The notes under the pieces were generated by a model, which saw nothing but the letters and a program-made list of their open reading frames with translations, was not told where the DNA came from and ran no database searches. From Kiloniellaceae bacterium (GTDB lineage: Bacteria > Pseudomonadota > Alphaproteobacteria > Kiloniellales > J153), in the NCBI GenBank assembly GCA_021776055.1, contig JAJFGP010000021.1, positions 7,520-71,519 of the forward strand: 64,000 nucleotides of DNA, read 5' to 3'. How positions within the stretch are numbered: position 1 is the first letter of the stretch; each line of letters starts with the position of its first letter. A program made the translations under genes and the position numbers. Below, piece by piece: positions 49,196-61,564 of the stretch.

Positions 49196-50782
49196 ATGAT
49201 GGAATCAACGGCGCTTTTTAGAACCGAATTGCTGCAGGTCGCCGATGCGGTGGCCCGCGAAAAGAGCATTGAGCGCGACGAGGTGCTCGAAGCGATGGAG
49301 CAGGCCATCGCCAAGGCCGGCCGTGGCAAATACGGGCACGAACACGACATCCGCGCGGAGATTGACCGGCGCAACGGCGAAGTGCGCTTGCGCCGCTTCC
49401 TCGAGGTTTGCGAGGAGCCGGAGAACGAGTTTACGCAAGTGACCGTCGCGGACGCGCAGAAGCGCCAGCCAGGGATCGCGCTTGGCGAATTCATCATCGA
49501 GGATCTGCCGCCCATCGATATGGGCCGCATCGCTGCCCAGACCGCCAAGCAGGTGATCGTGCAGAAGGTGCGCGAGGCCGAACGCCAGCGCCAATTCCGC
49601 GAATACAAGGATCGGATCGGCGAGGTCGTCAATGGCATCGTCAAACGCAACGAGTTCGGCAATGTCACGGTCGATCTGGGCCGGGCGGAGGCGATGATGC
49701 GGCGTGACGAGTCGCTGCCGCGCGAGACTTTCCGCACGGGCGACCGGGTGCGCGCCTACATCTACGACGTGCGCGAGGAACAGCGCGGGCCGCAAATCTT
49801 TGCCTCGCGCAGCCACCCGCAATTCATGGCCAAGCTCTTTGCCCAGGAAGTGCCCGAGATCTACGACAGTATCATCGAAATCAAGGCAGTGGCCCGCGAT
49901 CCGGGCAGCCGCGCCAAGATCGCCGTGCTCTCGCGCGATTCCTCCATCGATCCGGTGGGCGCTTGCGTCGGCATGCGCGGCAGTCGCGTGCAAGCGGTGG
50001 TCAGCGAGCTGCAAGGCGAGAAGATCGATATCATTCCCTGGTCGGGTGATCCGGCGACCTTCGTGGTCAATGCCTTAGCGCCCGCAGAGGTGACCAAGGT
50101 GGTGCTCGATGAGGAGCAGGGCCGCATCGAAGTGGTGGTGCCCGACGACCAACTTTCCCTGGCCATCGGCCGGCGCGGCCAGAACGTGCGCCTGGCGTCG
50201 ATCCTGACCGGCTGGGACATCGACATCATGACCGAGGATGAGGAATCCCGCCGCCGCCAGGAGGAGATGGGGGCGCGCTCGCAACTCTTCATCGAAGCCC
50301 TGGACGTGGACGATGTGATTGCGCATCTGCTGGTAGCCGAGGGCTTCATGACCTTGGAGCAGGTGGCCTTCGTGCCGGTGGAAGAACTGGGCGAGATCGA
50401 AGGCTTTGACGAGGATGTCGCCACCGAACTGCGGGCCCGGGCCCGGACGTATCTGGAGGAATTGGACCGCAAGAACGAAGAAAAACGCCGCGAGTTGGGG
50501 GTTGCCGACGACCTTGCCGGCTTGTCTGGCCTATCGCCGATGATTCTTGTCAGCTTGGGCGAGAAGGGGGTGAAGACCCTCGACGATCTGGCCGATCTGG
50601 CAAGTGACGAGTTGATCGAGATGCTCGGTGACTTGGCACCTAACGCCACGGATGCGGATGCCATCATCATGGCGGCACGCGCCCATTGGTTCGCGGACGA
50701 GGCGCCGGAAGAGGGTACCGATCCTTCCGCCGAGACACCGGCCGCTAGCGAAGCGGCAAACGGTCAAGGGCAGGAGGTCTGA
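49196..50782 (+). CDS. nusA: Transcription termination/antitermination factor NusA
   Basis: NusA N-domain, S1 domain ([10 protein letters not shown]), two KH domains ([24 protein letters not shown]), and C-terminal acidic repeat domains. Confidence 0.97.
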   Translation: MMESTALFRTELLQVADAVAREKSIERDEVLEAMEQAIAKAGRGKYGHEHDIRAEIDRRNGEVRLRRFLEVCEEPENEFTQVTVADAQKRQPGIALGEFIIEDLPPIDMGRIAAQTAKQVIVQKVREAERQRQFREYKDRIGEVVNGIVKRNEFGNVTVDLGRAEAMMRRDESLPRETFRTGDRVRAYIYDVREEQRGPQIFASRSHPQFMAKLFAQEVPEIYDSIIEIKAVARDPGSRAKIAVLSRDSSIDPVGACVGMRGSRVQAVVSELQGEKIDIIPWSGDPATFVVNALAPAEVTKVVLDEEQGRIEVVVPDDQLSLAIGRRGQNVRLASILTGWDIDIMTEDEESRRRQEEMGARSQLFIEALDVDDVIAHLLVAEGFMTLEQVAFVPVEELGEIEGFDEDVATELRARARTYLEELDRKNEEKRRELGVADDLAGLSGLSPMILVSLGEKGVKTLDDLADLASDELIEMLGDLAPNATDADAIIMAARAHWFADEAPEEGTDPSAETPAASEAANGQGQEV

Positions 50783-50791
50783 GATCAGACG

Positions 50792-51475
50792 ATGACGGTT
50801 GCGGTGATGTCATCCAGCAAACCAAAGGCGGCCAGCAAGTCTGGGGCTGGCAAGTTTGAGGCTGGGCGGACGCGGCGGCGTGAGCCGACGGCGCCGCGAC
50901 GCTGTCTGGCCAGTGGCGAGGTGCGGCCCAAGCGTGAGTTGCTCCGTTTCGTTGTGGCGCCGGATGGGGCGTTGGTGCCGGATGTGGCGGAACGGTTGCC
51001 GGGCCGCGGTTTGTGGCTATCGCCGCGGCGCGATATGATAGATCTTGCATGCGCCCGCAACCTGTTTGCCAAGGCGGCGAAGGCACCCGTGCGGGTTCCC
51101 TCGGACCTAGCGGAACAGGTGGCGGGGTTGTTGCGTCGCCGCTGCCTGGATTTACTCGGGCTGGTTCGGCGTGGCGGCCAGGCGGCCTGCGGTTATGAGG
51201 CGGCGGCGCTCTGGCTGAGCGGTGGCAAAGCGGCGCTGCTCTTGCAAGCCGTCGATGCGGCGGAAGGTGGGCGGCAGAAGTTGCGTGCCTTGGCGCGGGC
51301 ACACGATGTGCCGGTTATCGAGATTTTTCGCGCCGAGGAGTTGGGTCGGGCCCTGGGACGCGACGCTCTTGTCCATGTCGCCCTCGCTGGGGGCGGCGCG
51401 ACGGCGCGCCTGAACGAGGAATTGGCGCGCTTGGGCGCCCTTGTGCGATCAGATCCGCAAAGCACGCAAAGGTAG
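50792..51475 (+). CDS. ylxR: YlxR (DUF448)-type RNA-binding protein fused to an L7Ae-like domain
   Basis: RRCLASGEVRPKRELLRFV...PGRGLWL is the DUF448 core. Its position between nusA and infB is conserved. Confidence 0.8.
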   Translation: MTVAVMSSSKPKAASKSGAGKFEAGRTRRREPTAPRRCLASGEVRPKRELLRFVVAPDGALVPDVAERLPGRGLWLSPRRDMIDLACARNLFAKAAKAPVRVPSDLAEQVAGLLRRRCLDLLGLVRRGGQAACGYEAAALWLSGGKAALLLQAVDAAEGGRQKLRALARAHDVPVIEIFRAEELGRALGRDALVHVALAGGGATARLNEELARLGALVRSDPQSTQR

Positions 51476-51488
51476 GCGCAGAGCATAA

Positions 51489-54035
51489 ATGACGACGAGT
51501 AACGAGAAAGAGCAGAAGAAGCCGCTGGGGCTCAACCGGCCGGGAAAGCTCGAACTGAAAAAAACGGTCGAGACCGGTCAGGTTCGGCAAAGCTTCAGCC
51601 ACGGCCGGTCGAAAGCGGTGACCGTCGAGGTCAAGCGCTCGCGCACGTTCGCACGCGGCGCCGGCGGTCGTATGACCGAGGTGACCGAGGCCCGCCAGGC
51701 TGCCGAGCGGGCGCTGGCGGAATCGCGAGGCCAAGCCGAGGAAGAGCTTGGCAAGGAGTTGCGCGCTCTGACCGCCGGCGAGCGGGCTACGCGGGCGCAA
51801 GCTCTCGAACAATCGCGCCATGACGACGAAGAGCGCCGCATTCTCGAGTTGGAGGCCGAAGCGCTTGCCGAGGCCGAAGCCAAGCGCCGTGCCGAGGAAC
51901 CGCCCAAAGAGGCGGATGTGCCTGAGACCCCGGCAACGGAGGCCCCATCGGCGCTCGCAGCAGGCGCGCCGAGTACTGTCAATGGCGCGGCGGGCGCTCC
52001 GGCACCGAAACTGCCGGCAGAAGCCGACGATGCGCAGAAGCGCCGGCGCGAGGCGGGCTCGGAAGATGATTCGAGTGGCCGGGTCAAACGCAAGGTCGCG
52101 GTGGTACCGAAGCCAACACCTCGGCGCGGCGACGAACGGCGGCGCCATGGCAAGCTTACCATCAACCAGGCTTTGGAGGGCGGTGACGGCCGCCAGCGGT
52201 CGCTTGCCTCGGTGCGCCGGCAGCGGGAAAAAATGCGCACCGGCCCCGCCAAACATGCCCATCAGCCGCCGCTGCGGGTGGTCCGCGAAGTAACCATACC
52301 CGAGACGATCACCGTGCAGGAACTGGCCAACCGCATGGCCACGCGCGGCGCCGAGGTTGTGAAAACGTTGATGAAGATGGATGTCATGGCGACGATCAAC
52401 CAGGTGATCGATGCCGATACGGCCGAGCTGGTAGTCGCCGAATTTGGCCACAAGGCAAAGCGTGTGTCGGCCGCGGATGTCGAGGTCGGCATGCGCGGGG
52501 CACCCGACGAGGAAGGAACGATGGAGGCCCGCCCACCCGTGGTCACCGTGATGGGCCATGTCGATCACGGCAAGACGTCTCTGCTCGATGCCCTGCGTCA
52601 GACCGACGTGGCCGGCCACGAGGCCGGAGGTATCACCCAGCACATCGGGGCCTATCAGGTCACCTTGAAATCCGGACGGAAAATCACCTTCGTCGATACG
52701 CCCGGCCATGCCGCCTTTACCGAGATGCGCTCGCGTGGCGCCAATATCACCGACATCGTTGTCCTGGTGGTGGCCGCCGACGACGGAATCATGGAGCAGA
52801 CCAAAGAGGCGATCAATCACGCCAAGGCGGCGGGCGTGCCCATCGTTGTGGCCATCAACAAGATGGATCGCCCGGATGCCGATGCCAGTCGGGTCAAGAA
52901 CGAGCTCTTGCAGCATGAGTTGGTGGTCGAGGACATGGGTGGCGACATTCTGGCCATCGAGGTCTCGGCGAAAGAGAAGACGAATCTGGACAAGCTGGAG
53001 GAGGCGATTCTGCTCCAGGCCGAGCTTCAGGAACTAAACGCGAATCCGAACCGCAACGCCGAAGGCGCTATCATCGAAGCCAAGTTGGAGCGCGGCCGCG
53101 GCTCGGTCGCGACGGTGTTGGTGCAGCGCGGCACCTTGCGCGTCGGCGATACCTTTGTTGCCGGCAGCGAATGGGGACGTGTGCGCGCGCTCATCGACGA
53201 TCACGGCGAGATGGTTCAAGCAGCTGGCCCGTCGGTTCCCGTGGAAGTCTTGGGCTTGAACGGCACACCGCTTGCCGGCGACGAACTGACGGTCGTCGAA
53301 AACGAGTCGCGCGCGCGCGATATCGCCGATTTCCGGCAGCGGCAAAAACGCGACCACGAGATCGCCACCACCGGCCGCGGCACGCTGGAACAGATGCTCG
53401 ACCGCATCAAAGAAGGCGAGGCCTCGCAGATGCCCGTGGTCATCAAGTCCGATGTGCACGGCTCGTTGGAGGCCATCGTTGCCAGCCTGACGAAGCTGGG
53501 CACCGAGGAAGTCGAGGTGCGCATTCTGCACGCCGGTGTTGGCGGCATCAACGAGTCGGACATCACCTTGGCCCGCTCGGCGAGTGCCATGGTCATTGGT
53601 TTTAACGTCCGCGCCAATCCGCAGGCGCGCGAGATGGCGCGGCGCGATAACGTGGATATTCATTACTATTCGATCATCTACAACGTGGTCGACGATGTTA
53701 AGGCAGCGCTCTCCGGGATGTTGGCGCCGAGCCGCCACGAGCGCTTCCTCGGGTACGCGGAGATCCGTGAGGTCTTCAGCACCAGCAAGACCGGCAAGGT
53801 CGCGGGCTGCATGGTAACCGAGGGTATGGTCAAGCGCGGCTCTAAGGTACGCCTGCTGCGCGATGACGTGGTGATCCATGACGGCACGCTCAAGACCCTG
53901 CGCCGGTTCAAGGACGAGGTGCGGGAGGTCAAGGAAGGGTATGAATGCGGCATGGCCTTCGAAAACTACAGCGACATCCAGACCGGCGACCGCATCGAGT
54001 GCTACGAGATCGAGGAAGTGGTGCGCACCCTCTGA
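51489..54035 (+). CDS. infB: Translation initiation factor IF-2
   Basis: Charged and low-complexity N-terminus, G-domain ([24 protein letters not shown]), and the C-terminal IF2 domains. Confidence 0.97.
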   Translation: MTTSNEKEQKKPLGLNRPGKLELKKTVETGQVRQSFSHGRSKAVTVEVKRSRTFARGAGGRMTEVTEARQAAERALAESRGQAEEELGKELRALTAGERATRAQALEQSRHDDEERRILELEAEALAEAEAKRRAEEPPKEADVPETPATEAPSALAAGAPSTVNGAAGAPAPKLPAEADDAQKRRREAGSEDDSSGRVKRKVAVVPKPTPRRGDERRRHGKLTINQALEGGDGRQRSLASVRRQREKMRTGPAKHAHQPPLRVVREVTIPETITVQELANRMATRGAEVVKTLMKMDVMATINQVIDADTAELVVAEFGHKAKRVSAADVEVGMRGAPDEEGTMEARPPVVTVMGHVDHGKTSLLDALRQTDVAGHEAGGITQHIGAYQVTLKSGRKITFVDTPGHAAFTEMRSRGANITDIVVLVVAADDGIMEQTKEAINHAKAAGVPIVVAINKMDRPDADASRVKNELLQHELVVEDMGGDILAIEVSAKEKTNLDKLEEAILLQAELQELNANPNRNAEGAIIEAKLERGRGSVATVLVQRGTLRVGDTFVAGSEWGRVRALIDDHGEMVQAAGPSVPVEVLGLNGTPLAGDELTVVENESRARDIADFRQRQKRDHEIATTGRGTLEQMLDRIKEGEASQMPVVIKSDVHGSLEAIVASLTKLGTEEVEVRILHAGVGGINESDITLARSASAMVIGFNVRANPQAREMARRDNVDIHYYSIIYNVVDDVKAALSGMLAPSRHERFLGYAEIREVFSTSKTGKVAGCMVTEGMVKRGSKVRLLRDDVVIHDGTLKTLRRFKDEVREVKEGYECGMAFENYSDIQTGDRIECYEIEEVVRTL

Positions 54036-54057
54036 CGGGCGCGCCACTAAGAGGCAC

Positions 54058-54513
54058 GTGAGCGAACATCCAAAATCGACACGGCGTCAAGCGACTAGGC
54101 GTGGGGCGAGCGGCCCGAGCCAACGGCAGTTGCGCGTTGGCGAAGAGCTGCGTCATGTCTTAGCGGGCGTTCTCGGTCGTGCCCGGCTGGACGACCCGGC
54201 CCTGGCGGATAACAGTTTCACGGTAACCGAGGTGCGTCTGAGCCCCGATCTTAAGGCGGCGACCGCTTTCGTTGTGCCCCTGGGGGGCGGCGACTTGGCC
54301 GGTTCGGTGGCGGCGCTCAACCGGGCGGCTGGGTTTTTTCGCGGCCAGATGGCGCGCGAGGTGAACTTGCGCCATTGCCCACGCATCATCTTTGCCCCCG
54401 ATCATTCCTTCGATCGGGCCGGCGAGATACAGACGATCTTTGAGCGGCCGCACGTGCGCCAGGACCTGGGGTCGGCGTCCAGTGACGACGGGGGCGACGA
54501 GGATGGGGCGTAA
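54058..54513 (+). CDS. rbfA: Ribosome-binding factor A
   Basis: QRQLRVGEELRHVLAGVL...VTEVRLSPDLKAATAFV is the RbfA KH-like core. GTG 54058 has AAGAGG upstream. Confidence 0.9.
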   Translation: MSEHPKSTRRQATRRGASGPSQRQLRVGEELRHVLAGVLGRARLDDPALADNSFTVTEVRLSPDLKAATAFVVPLGGGDLAGSVAALNRAAGFFRGQMAREVNLRHCPRIIFAPDHSFDRAGEIQTIFERPHVRQDLGSASSDDGGDEDGA

Positions 54514-55426
54514 ACGGAGGGGCCAACCGGTCAACGGCTGGGTCGTTATCGATAAGCCCTTGGGCCTAACCTCGACTCAGGTGCTCGGCCGTCTGCGCCG
54601 CGTCTACGACCCGCAAAAGATTGGCCACGGCGGTACCCTGGATCCGTTGGCCACCGGCCTTTTGCCGGTCGCCATGGGTGAGGCGACCAAGACGGTCAGC
54701 TACATCATGGACGGGCGCAAGCGCTATACCTTCACCCTGCGCTGGGGCGAGGCGACAGCTACCGATGACGCCGAGGGTGAGGTGACCGAACGCTCGGACC
54801 GGCGGCCGGCGACGGCGGAGGTCGAGGCCGTCCTGCCCCGTTTTATCGGCCTGGTGGAGCAGGTCCCGCCGATCTTTTCCGCCATCAAGGTGGCTGGCGA
54901 GCGGGCCTATGACAAGGCGCGTGCCTGCGAGGACTTTGCCCTGTCGGCCCGGCCGGTGCGGGTACACCGCCTGGCCCTGGCCGAGAACGGGCCGGAAACC
55001 GCCACTTTCGAGGTCGATTGCGGCAAAGGCGCGTACATGCGGGCCTTGGCGCGCGATTTGGGCCTGGCCCTGGATACCTACGCGCACGTGGTGGCCCTGC
55101 GCCGCACGGCCGTGGGACCCTTTACGGAAAAACATGCGATTTCGCTGGAGTCCCTGGAGGCCCTGGGGCATAGTGCCGCCGCTTCCGGGCCCTTGCTTCC
55201 GCTCGAGACCGCGCTGGACGACATCCCGGCGCTTGCCTTGACGGAAGCCGAGGCGAATTGCCTTAGGCGCGGGCAGGCGGTGTCCATGATGGCCCGCATC
55301 AACCGCGCCAGAATTGAGGCATTCGATAACGGATCGATCGTTTATGCCACGCACGGCGGTAAGCCGGTGGCCTTGGCCCGCTACGACGCAGGCGATATTC
55401 GACCGGTCCGTGTACTTAACCTTTAG
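54503..55426 (+). CDS. truB: tRNA pseudouridine(55) synthase TruB
   Basis: NGWVVIDKPLGLTS and the catalytic motif GHGGTLDPLATGLLPV. The start overlaps the rbfA end by 11 nt. Confidence 0.93.
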   Translation: MGRKRRGQPVNGWVVIDKPLGLTSTQVLGRLRRVYDPQKIGHGGTLDPLATGLLPVAMGEATKTVSYIMDGRKRYTFTLRWGEATATDDAEGEVTERSDRRPATAEVEAVLPRFIGLVEQVPPIFSAIKVAGERAYDKARACEDFALSARPVRVHRLALAENGPETATFEVDCGKGAYMRALARDLGLALDTYAHVVALRRTAVGPFTEKHAISLESLEALGHSAAASGPLLPLETALDDIPALALTEAEANCLRRGQAVSMMARINRARIEAFDNGSIVYATHGGKPVALARYDAGDIRPVRVLNL

Positions 55427-55447
55427 ACTCGAGGAATTAGGATACCG

Positions 55448-55717
55448 ATGTCGATAACTGCTGAACGCAAGAGCGAGGTCGTTCGCGACTACGCAACACA
55501 TGAAGGCGATACGGGATCGCCGGAGGTGCAGGTCGCGATCCTCTCCGAGAGGATCAAGAACCTGACCGAGCATCTGCAAATTCATAAAAAAGATTTTCAT
55601 TCCCGGCGCGGGCTGTTGATCATGGTTGGACAGCGTCGACGACTCCTGGACTACGTCAAAGGCCGGGATCAGTCGCGTTATGAAGGCTTGATCGAGCGGC
55701 TAGGATTGCGCCGATAA
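55448..55717 (+). CDS. rpsO: 30S ribosomal protein S15
   Basis: An 89-aa protein with [19 protein letters not shown]...[12 protein letters not shown], the S15 signature. Confidence 0.97.
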   Translation: MSITAERKSEVVRDYATHEGDTGSPEVQVAILSERIKNLTEHLQIHKKDFHSRRGLLIMVGQRRRLLDYVKGRDQSRYEGLIERLGLRR

Positions 55718-55974
55718 GTGGGCCGCACCGCTCAAGCGTCTTGCCGCCGGACAACCGGGAGCACAGGCACGGGGCAGGCAGTTCATAGAGCGACGAGACC
55801 ATCTCAGTTTTCATCACATCACAGCGATATCGTGGGCCGGTCGGCGCGATGTCGAACAGAGGCCGGGCCGACGCAAGGGGCGATGCCGAGTGCGCGAGTG
55901 CGCGCGCGGCAAGGCGCCCTTTGCGCGGGTCCGGTCATGGCAATCCGACCGCATGTTGGAAGGACTAACGGACC

Positions 55975-58089
55975 ATGTTCAAAGTACATAAACAGGAAAT
56001 CGAGTGGGGTGGGCGCACGCTTACCCTCGAATCAGGCCGCATAGCACGGCAAGCCGACGGGGCGGTTCTCGCCACCTACGGTGATACGGTGGTGCTGTGC
56101 ACCGCGGTGGGTCAAAGAACGCCTAAGGCCGGCATCGATTTTTTCCCGCTTACCGTCAACTATCAGGAAAAGACTTTCGCGGCCGGTAAGATTCCCGGCG
56201 GCTTTTTCAAGCGCGAGGGTCGGCCCAGCGAGAAGGAAACCCTGACCTCGCGGCTCATCGACCGGCCGCTGCGGCCGTTGTTCGCCAAGGGTTATAAGAA
56301 CGAGACGCAAGTTATCTGCACCGTGTTGAGCCACGATCTGGAAAACGATCCGGATGTGGTTGCCATGGTCGGTGCCTCGGCGGCGCTGACCATCTCGGGC
56401 CTGCCGTTCCTGGGACCAATCGCCGGCTGTCGGGTGGGCTACAAGGACGGCGAGTTCATTCTCAACCCACGCTATGACGAACTGCCGGAGTCGCAACTTG
56501 ACTTGATGATCGCGGGCACCCGAGATGGCGTACTGATGGTCGAGTCCGAGGCCAAGGAGCTGACCGAGGAGATCATGCTTGCCGCGGTCAACTTCGGCCA
56601 CAGCGGCATGATTCCGGTGCTCGATGGCATCGTCGCCCTGGCCGAACGTTGCGCCAAGGAGCCGTGGGATGTTCCGGCGCCGGCGCCGGAGATCGAGGTC
56701 TTGAGCGAGCGCCTGGCGGCCACCTACGGTGGGAAAATCGCCGAAGCTTACGGCGAGCCGGATAAGATGGTGCGGCAGGACAAGCTCGGCGCTGTCAAGG
56801 ATGAGGTTCGCGCCAGCCTGGCGGAGAACGAGGCGGAATTGGCCGTTGTTTCCGGCGTGCTGAAAAAGCTGGAAAGCAACATCGTGCGAGGCTCGATCTT
56901 GAATACCGGCAAGCGCATCGACGGGCGCACCACATCGGATGTTCGCCGCATCGACTGCCAGGTCGGTGTATTGCCGCTGACCCATGGCTCGGCGCTCTTT
57001 ACCCGTGGCGAAACCCAGGCCCTGGTCGCGACAACCCTGGGCACCGGTCAGGACGAGCAGATCGTCGACGCGCTGGAGGGCGAATACCGCGAGTCATTCA
57101 TGCTGCACTACAACTTCCCGCCCTATTCGGTGGGTGAGGCCAGTTTCCTGCGCTCGCCCGGGCGGCGCGAGATCGGCCATGGCAAGCTGGCCTGGCGGGC
57201 GCTGCGGCCATTGCTGCCAACGAAGGAGGATTTCCCCTATACGATCCGCGTAGTCTCCGAGATTACCGAATCCAACGGCTCATCCTCCATGGCCACGGTA
57301 TGCGGCACCTCGTTGTCCATGATGGATGCGGGTGTACCGCTTCTGCGCCCGGTGGCCGGTATCGCCATGGGCTTGATCAAGGACGACGAAAAGTTCGCCG
57401 TTCTCTCGGACATCCTCGGCGACGAGGATCATCTCGGCGATATGGATTTCAAGGTGGCCGGTACGGAGCAGGGGGTGACCTCCCTGCAGATGGATATCAA
57501 GATCACCTCGATTACGCCCGAGATCATGGAGATCGCGCTTAAGCAGGCACGTGAAGGCCGGTTGCATATTCTGGCCGAGATGGCGCGGGCGCTGACCCAG
57601 GCCCGCGAGGATGTTTCCGACAAGGCGCCGCGCATTACGGTGATCACGATCCCCAAGGATAAGATCCGCGAAGTGATCGGCACCGGCGGTAAGATCATTC
57701 GTGAAATCTGCGAATCCACGGGTGCTAAGATCGACATCGAAGACGATGGCACCATCAAGGTTGCCGCTGTCGATCAGACGCAAGGCCAGGCGGCCATCGA
57801 CTGGATCCGCTCCATCGTCGCCGAGCCCGAGGTGGGCGTGATCTACAACGGCAAGGTCGTGAAGATCATGGAGTTCGGTGCCTTCGTGAACTTCCTCGGT
57901 CCGCGCGACGGCCTGGTTCACGTCAGCGAGCTGGCCGCGCAGCGGGTTAATACCGTCGGTGACGTGGTCAAGGAAGGCGACGAGGTAAAAGTGAAGGTGA
58001 TCGGCCTGGACGATCGCGGCAAGGTCAAGCTCTCCATGAAGCGCGTCAATCAGGAGACCGGCGAGGACCTGGAGCCTCAAGCGAGCTAA
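55975..58089 (+). CDS. pnp: Polyribonucleotide nucleotidyltransferase (PNPase)
   Basis: Two RNase PH domains, a KH domain ([11 protein letters not shown]) and an S1 domain ([15 protein letters not shown]). It lies downstream of rpsO. Confidence 0.97.
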   Translation: MFKVHKQEIEWGGRTLTLESGRIARQADGAVLATYGDTVVLCTAVGQRTPKAGIDFFPLTVNYQEKTFAAGKIPGGFFKREGRPSEKETLTSRLIDRPLRPLFAKGYKNETQVICTVLSHDLENDPDVVAMVGASAALTISGLPFLGPIAGCRVGYKDGEFILNPRYDELPESQLDLMIAGTRDGVLMVESEAKELTEEIMLAAVNFGHSGMIPVLDGIVALAERCAKEPWDVPAPAPEIEVLSERLAATYGGKIAEAYGEPDKMVRQDKLGAVKDEVRASLAENEAELAVVSGVLKKLESNIVRGSILNTGKRIDGRTTSDVRRIDCQVGVLPLTHGSALFTRGETQALVATTLGTGQDEQIVDALEGEYRESFMLHYNFPPYSVGEASFLRSPGRREIGHGKLAWRALRPLLPTKEDFPYTIRVVSEITESNGSSSMATVCGTSLSMMDAGVPLLRPVAGIAMGLIKDDEKFAVLSDILGDEDHLGDMDFKVAGTEQGVTSLQMDIKITSITPEIMEIALKQAREGRLHILAEMARALTQAREDVSDKAPRITVITIPKDKIREVIGTGGKIIREICESTGAKIDIEDDGTIKVAAVDQTQGQAAIDWIRSIVAEPEVGVIYNGKVVKIMEFGAFVNFLGPRDGLVHVSELAAQRVNTVGDVVKEGDEVKVKVIGLDDRGKVKLSMKRVNQETGEDLEPQAS

Positions 58090-58135
58090 CGCCAAGCCGG
58101 TCACGCGGGATTGGCGACGGCAGTGCGAAATTAAG

Positions 58136-58170
58136 CGGGTGGTAGCGTCAAGCGTTGCCACCCGTTTCTC
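58136..58170 (+). terminator. Probable intrinsic terminator of pnp
   Basis: About 12-bp stem CGGGTGGTAGCG / CGTTGCCACCCG (with G-T wobbles), loop TCAAG, then TTTCTC. Confidence 0.6.
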
Positions 58171-58200
58171 GATGAAAGACACGGTAGACGGGCTGATCGG

Positions 58201-58935
58201 ATGTTGGCATTGCCCCGGGTCATGGGCCACCGCGGTGCCGCGGCACTGGCGCCGGAGAATACGCTGGCAAGCATTCGCCGCGCCGCTGCCACCGGCGTGA
58301 GTTGGGTCGAATTCGACGTCATGTTGACCAGCGATTCGGTGCCGATTCTCTTCCACGACGACAAACTGGAACGGACCACCGGGCGCAAGGGGTTGATGGC
58401 GGAAACCCCCTGCGCGGTGGTGTGCACCCTCGAAGCCGGCGCTTGGTTCGGGGCCGAGTTTGCCGGCGAGCCGGTCCCGACCTTGGAGGCCGCCTTGGCC
58501 CTGGTTCGAGAATTGGGTCTGCGGGCCAACGTTGAGATCAAGCCGACACCGGGACGCGAGCGCGAAACCGCCGCCGCCGTGGTAGAGGTTGTCGAACGCT
58601 GCTGGCCGGCTGCTGCGCCGCCGCCGCTGATCAGCAGCTTCAAGCGCGATTGTCTGGCGGTCGTTCAGGACCGCGCTCCGGCACTACCACGGGGTCTGCT
58701 GGCGTTGCGGTTGCCGCGCGATTGGATTTCGGCGGCGCGGGCGTTGGAGTGTAGCACCCTGCATGTGGCCGGGCGCTGGCTGACGGCAAAACGGGTGGCG
58801 CGAATCAAAGCCGCGGGTTATGGCCTGGCGACCTTTACCATCAACGATGTTACGCAAGCACGGAAGTTGCTCGACTGGGGGGTCGAGTGCATCATCACGG
58901 ATTCGCCGGATGTGATGGTATCGGCGTTGAGCTAG
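58201..58935 (+). CDS. Glycerophosphodiester phosphodiesterase (GDPD) family protein
   Basis: GHRGAAALAPENTLASI...VEFDVMLTSDSVPILFHD are GDPD catalytic motifs. Confidence 0.88.
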   Translation: MLALPRVMGHRGAAALAPENTLASIRRAAATGVSWVEFDVMLTSDSVPILFHDDKLERTTGRKGLMAETPCAVVCTLEAGAWFGAEFAGEPVPTLEAALALVRELGLRANVEIKPTPGRERETAAAVVEVVERCWPAAAPPPLISSFKRDCLAVVQDRAPALPRGLLALRLPRDWISAARALECSTLHVAGRWLTAKRVARIKAAGYGLATFTINDVTQARKLLDWGVECIITDSPDVMVSALS

Positions 58936-59744
58936 TCGCGGGATTCGTTCAGGTGGCGCGGCGAGGGGATGCCCACGGTGTTGTAGCCGCCATCCACATG
59001 GTGGATTTCGCCGGTTACGCCAAGGGCTAGGTCCGAGAGCAGATAGAGGCCGGCGGAGCCCACCTCTTCGAGCTGAATATTGCGGCGCATCGGGGCGTGG
59101 TCGCGGCTCCAACGGTAGACGAAGCGGGCATCGGCAATGGCCGAGCCGGCCAGGGTGCGCAGCGGGCCGGCCGAAATGGCATTCACCCGCACCCCCTGAC
59201 CACCCATATCCACGGCCAGGTAGCGCACACTTGCTTCCAATGCCGCCTTGGCGACACCCATGACATTGTAGTTCGGGGTCACGCGCTCGGCGCCTAGATA
59301 GGTCAGGGTAAGCAGGCTACCCCCCGGGCGCATCAACGGCGCCGCGCCGCGCGCCACGGCGGTGAAGGAATAGCAGGAGACCAACAGTGTGTTGGAGAAA
59401 TTGCGCCGGCTGGTATCGAGATAACGGCCCTTAAGCTCCTCCTTGTCGGAGTAAGCCACCGCATGGACGACGAAATCCAGGCTGCCCCAGGCTTCGCTGA
59501 TCAAGCCGAAAACCGACTCGACCTGAGCCGGGTCCGACACATCGCAGGCGAGCACCAGGTTTGAGCCGACCGATTCAGCCAATGGCCGCACGCGCCGCTC
59601 GAAGGCCTCGCCCTGATAGGTGAAGGCGAGTTCGGCCCCATGCTGGCTGAGACTAGTGGCCAGACCCCAGGCGATCGAGCGATCATTGGCGACGCCCATG
59701 ATCAGGCCGCGCTTGCCGGCCATCAACCCGCTGTTCGCCGTCAC
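58932..59744 (-). CDS. fabI: Enoyl-[acyl-carrier-protein] reductase (NADH) FabI
   Basis: GKRGLIMGVANDRSIAWG (dinucleotide-binding) and the Y-x6-K region (YNVMGVAKAALE). It lies in the fabA-fabB-fabI string. Confidence 0.95.
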   Translation of the reverse strand: MTANSGLMAGKRGLIMGVANDRSIAWGLATSLSQHGAELAFTYQGEAFERRVRPLAESVGSNLVLACDVSDPAQVESVFGLISEAWGSLDFVVHAVAYSDKEELKGRYLDTSRRNFSNTLLVSCYSFTAVARGAAPLMRPGGSLLTLTYLGAERVTPNYNVMGVAKAALEASVRYLAVDMGGQGVRVNAISAGPLRTLAGSAIADARFVYRWSRDHAPMRRNIQLEEVGSAGLYLLSDLALGVTGEIHHVDGGYNTVGIPSPRHLNESRD

Positions 59745-59790
59745 GCCGTCCCCCCTGTCGTTCTTTGTGCCGGCGAATGCGCCGACTGTT

Positions 59791-61011
59791 TTAGTCCTCG
59801 CAGCGTCTGAAGACGAGCGAGGCGTTGGTGCCGCCGAAGCCGAAGCTGTTGGACATGACGCAACTTAGCGGCGCGTTGTCTTCGCGCTCCCGGACAATCG
59901 GCGCGCCCTCCGCCTCCGGGTCCAAGTTGTCGATATTGGCCGAGGCGGCGACGAATCCGTGTTCGAGCATAAGCAGCGAGAAAATCGCTTCATGCACCCC
60001 GGCGGCTCCTTGCGCGTGCCCGGTCAACGATTTGGTAGAGCTGATGCGTGGCATGTCGGATCCAAAGACCTCGCGCACGCCCGCCAGCTCGATGGTATCG
60101 CCGACCGGCGTGGAGGTGCCGTGGGCGTTGATGTAATCGATCTTGGTATTGCCCAACCCGTCCAAGGCTTGGCGCATGCAGCGCACTCCGCCCTCGCCGG
60201 AGGGGGCGACCATATCCGCGCCATCCGAGGTCGCGCCATAGCCGATCATCTCGGCGTAGATCTTGGCACCGCGAGCCTGCGCGTGCTCTAGGGCCTCAAG
60301 GACGATCGTGCCGCCGCCGCCGGAAATAACAAAGCCGTCGCGGTCTTTGTCGTAAGGGCGCGAGGCGCGCTCAGGCGTTTCGTTGAAGTGGCTGGAGAGC
60401 GCACCCATGCTGTCGAAGAGCACCGATAGGCTCCAATGTACCTCCTCGCCGCCGCCGGCGAAGATGACGTCTTGTTTGCCCATCTGGATTTGCTCATAGC
60501 CGGTGCCGATGCAATGGGCGCTGGTCGAGCAGGCAGAGGAGATGGAGTAGCTTAGGCCCTTGATTTTGAAGGCCGTGGCCAGATTCGCCGAGGTCGTGCT
60601 CGACATGCAGCGTGGCACCATGTAGGGGCCAACGCGCCGCGGACCCTTCTCCCGGGCGGTATCGGCGGCCCAAACCTGGTTCGAGGGCGAAGACCCGCCC
60701 GACCCCATGATCAAGCCGGTGCGCTCGTGCGACACCTCCGCCGGACTCAAGCCCGAATCGGCGACGGCCTCTTGCATGGCCACGTAGTTGAAGGCGGCGG
60801 CGTCTCCCATGAAACGGCGCAGGCGGCGATCGATGATGGCGTCGAAATCCAACTGGATATCGCCGTGAACGTGGCTGCGGAAGCCCATCTCGGCATAGGT
60901 GTCGGCAAATCGAATGCCCGAGCGCCCGGCCCGCAGCGAATCGACGACTTCATGTTGGTTGTTGCCGATGCTGGAAACGACGCCCAGACCGGTGACCACG
61001 ACACGGCGCAT
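59791..61011 (-). CDS. fabB: 3-oxoacyl-[ACP] synthase I (KAS I)
   Basis: Thiolase-fold condensing enzyme with the active-site Cys region ([12 protein letters not shown]), His-His motifs (NAHGTST and GHAQGAAG), and position immediately downstream of fabA. Confidence 0.93.
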   Translation of the reverse strand: MRRVVVTGLGVVSSIGNNQHEVVDSLRAGRSGIRFADTYAEMGFRSHVHGDIQLDFDAIIDRRLRRFMGDAAAFNYVAMQEAVADSGLSPAEVSHERTGLIMGSGGSSPSNQVWAADTAREKGPRRVGPYMVPRCMSSTTSANLATAFKIKGLSYSISSACSTSAHCIGTGYEQIQMGKQDVIFAGGGEEVHWSLSVLFDSMGALSSHFNETPERASRPYDKDRDGFVISGGGGTIVLEALEHAQARGAKIYAEMIGYGATSDGADMVAPSGEGGVRCMRQALDGLGNTKIDYINAHGTSTPVGDTIELAGVREVFGSDMPRISSTKSLTGHAQGAAGVHEAIFSLLMLEHGFVAASANIDNLDPEAEGAPIVREREDNAPLSCVMSNSFGFGGTNASLVFRRCED

Positions 61012-61036
61012 AATAATGCCCTCAGACGCCGCCGCG

Positions 61037-61564
61037 TTATGCGGTTTCCGGCGCGGTGGAAAGGCCGACCTTCAAGCCGGTTGCCTCATAACTGGTCTCA
61101 CCGTCCACCTTCATCAAGCCATTGGCAACGCCCAAGACAAGCTGGCGCCGAATGATCCGCTTGAGGGTGAGATGGTAGGTTACCAACTTCGCCGTGGGCA
61201 GGACCTGGCCGGATAGCTTGACTTCACCCACACCCAAGGCACGACCCCGGCCCGGCGCCCCCAGCCAACCCAAGAAGAATCCGAGCATCTGCCACATCGC
61301 GTCTAATCCCAGACAGCCCGGCATCACCGGATTGCCCTCGAAATGGCAGCCGAAGAACCAAAGGTCCGGTTTAATGTCGTACTCGGCGACGATCTCGCCA
61401 CGGTCATGTTCGCCACCCGTATCCGCGATGTGGGTGATGCGGTCGAACATGAGCATCGGCGGCAGCGGTAGCTGGGCGTTGCCCGGACCAAACAGCTTGC
61501 CGTGGGCGCACTGCAGCAGTTCTTCGTAACTGTAGCTGTCTTTGCGCTCTGTCAACGACCTCAC
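61037..61564 (-). CDS. fabA: 3-hydroxydecanoyl-[ACP] dehydratase/isomerase FabA
   Basis: [12 protein letters not shown]... and the active-site block [23 protein letters not shown]. Confidence 0.95.
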   Translation of the reverse strand: MRSLTERKDSYSYEELLQCAHGKLFGPGNAQLPLPPMLMFDRITHIADTGGEHDRGEIVAEYDIKPDLWFFGCHFEGNPVMPGCLGLDAMWQMLGFFLGWLGAPGRGRALGVGEVKLSGQVLPTAKLVTYHLTLKRIIRRQLVLGVANGLMKVDGETSYEATGLKVGLSTAPETA

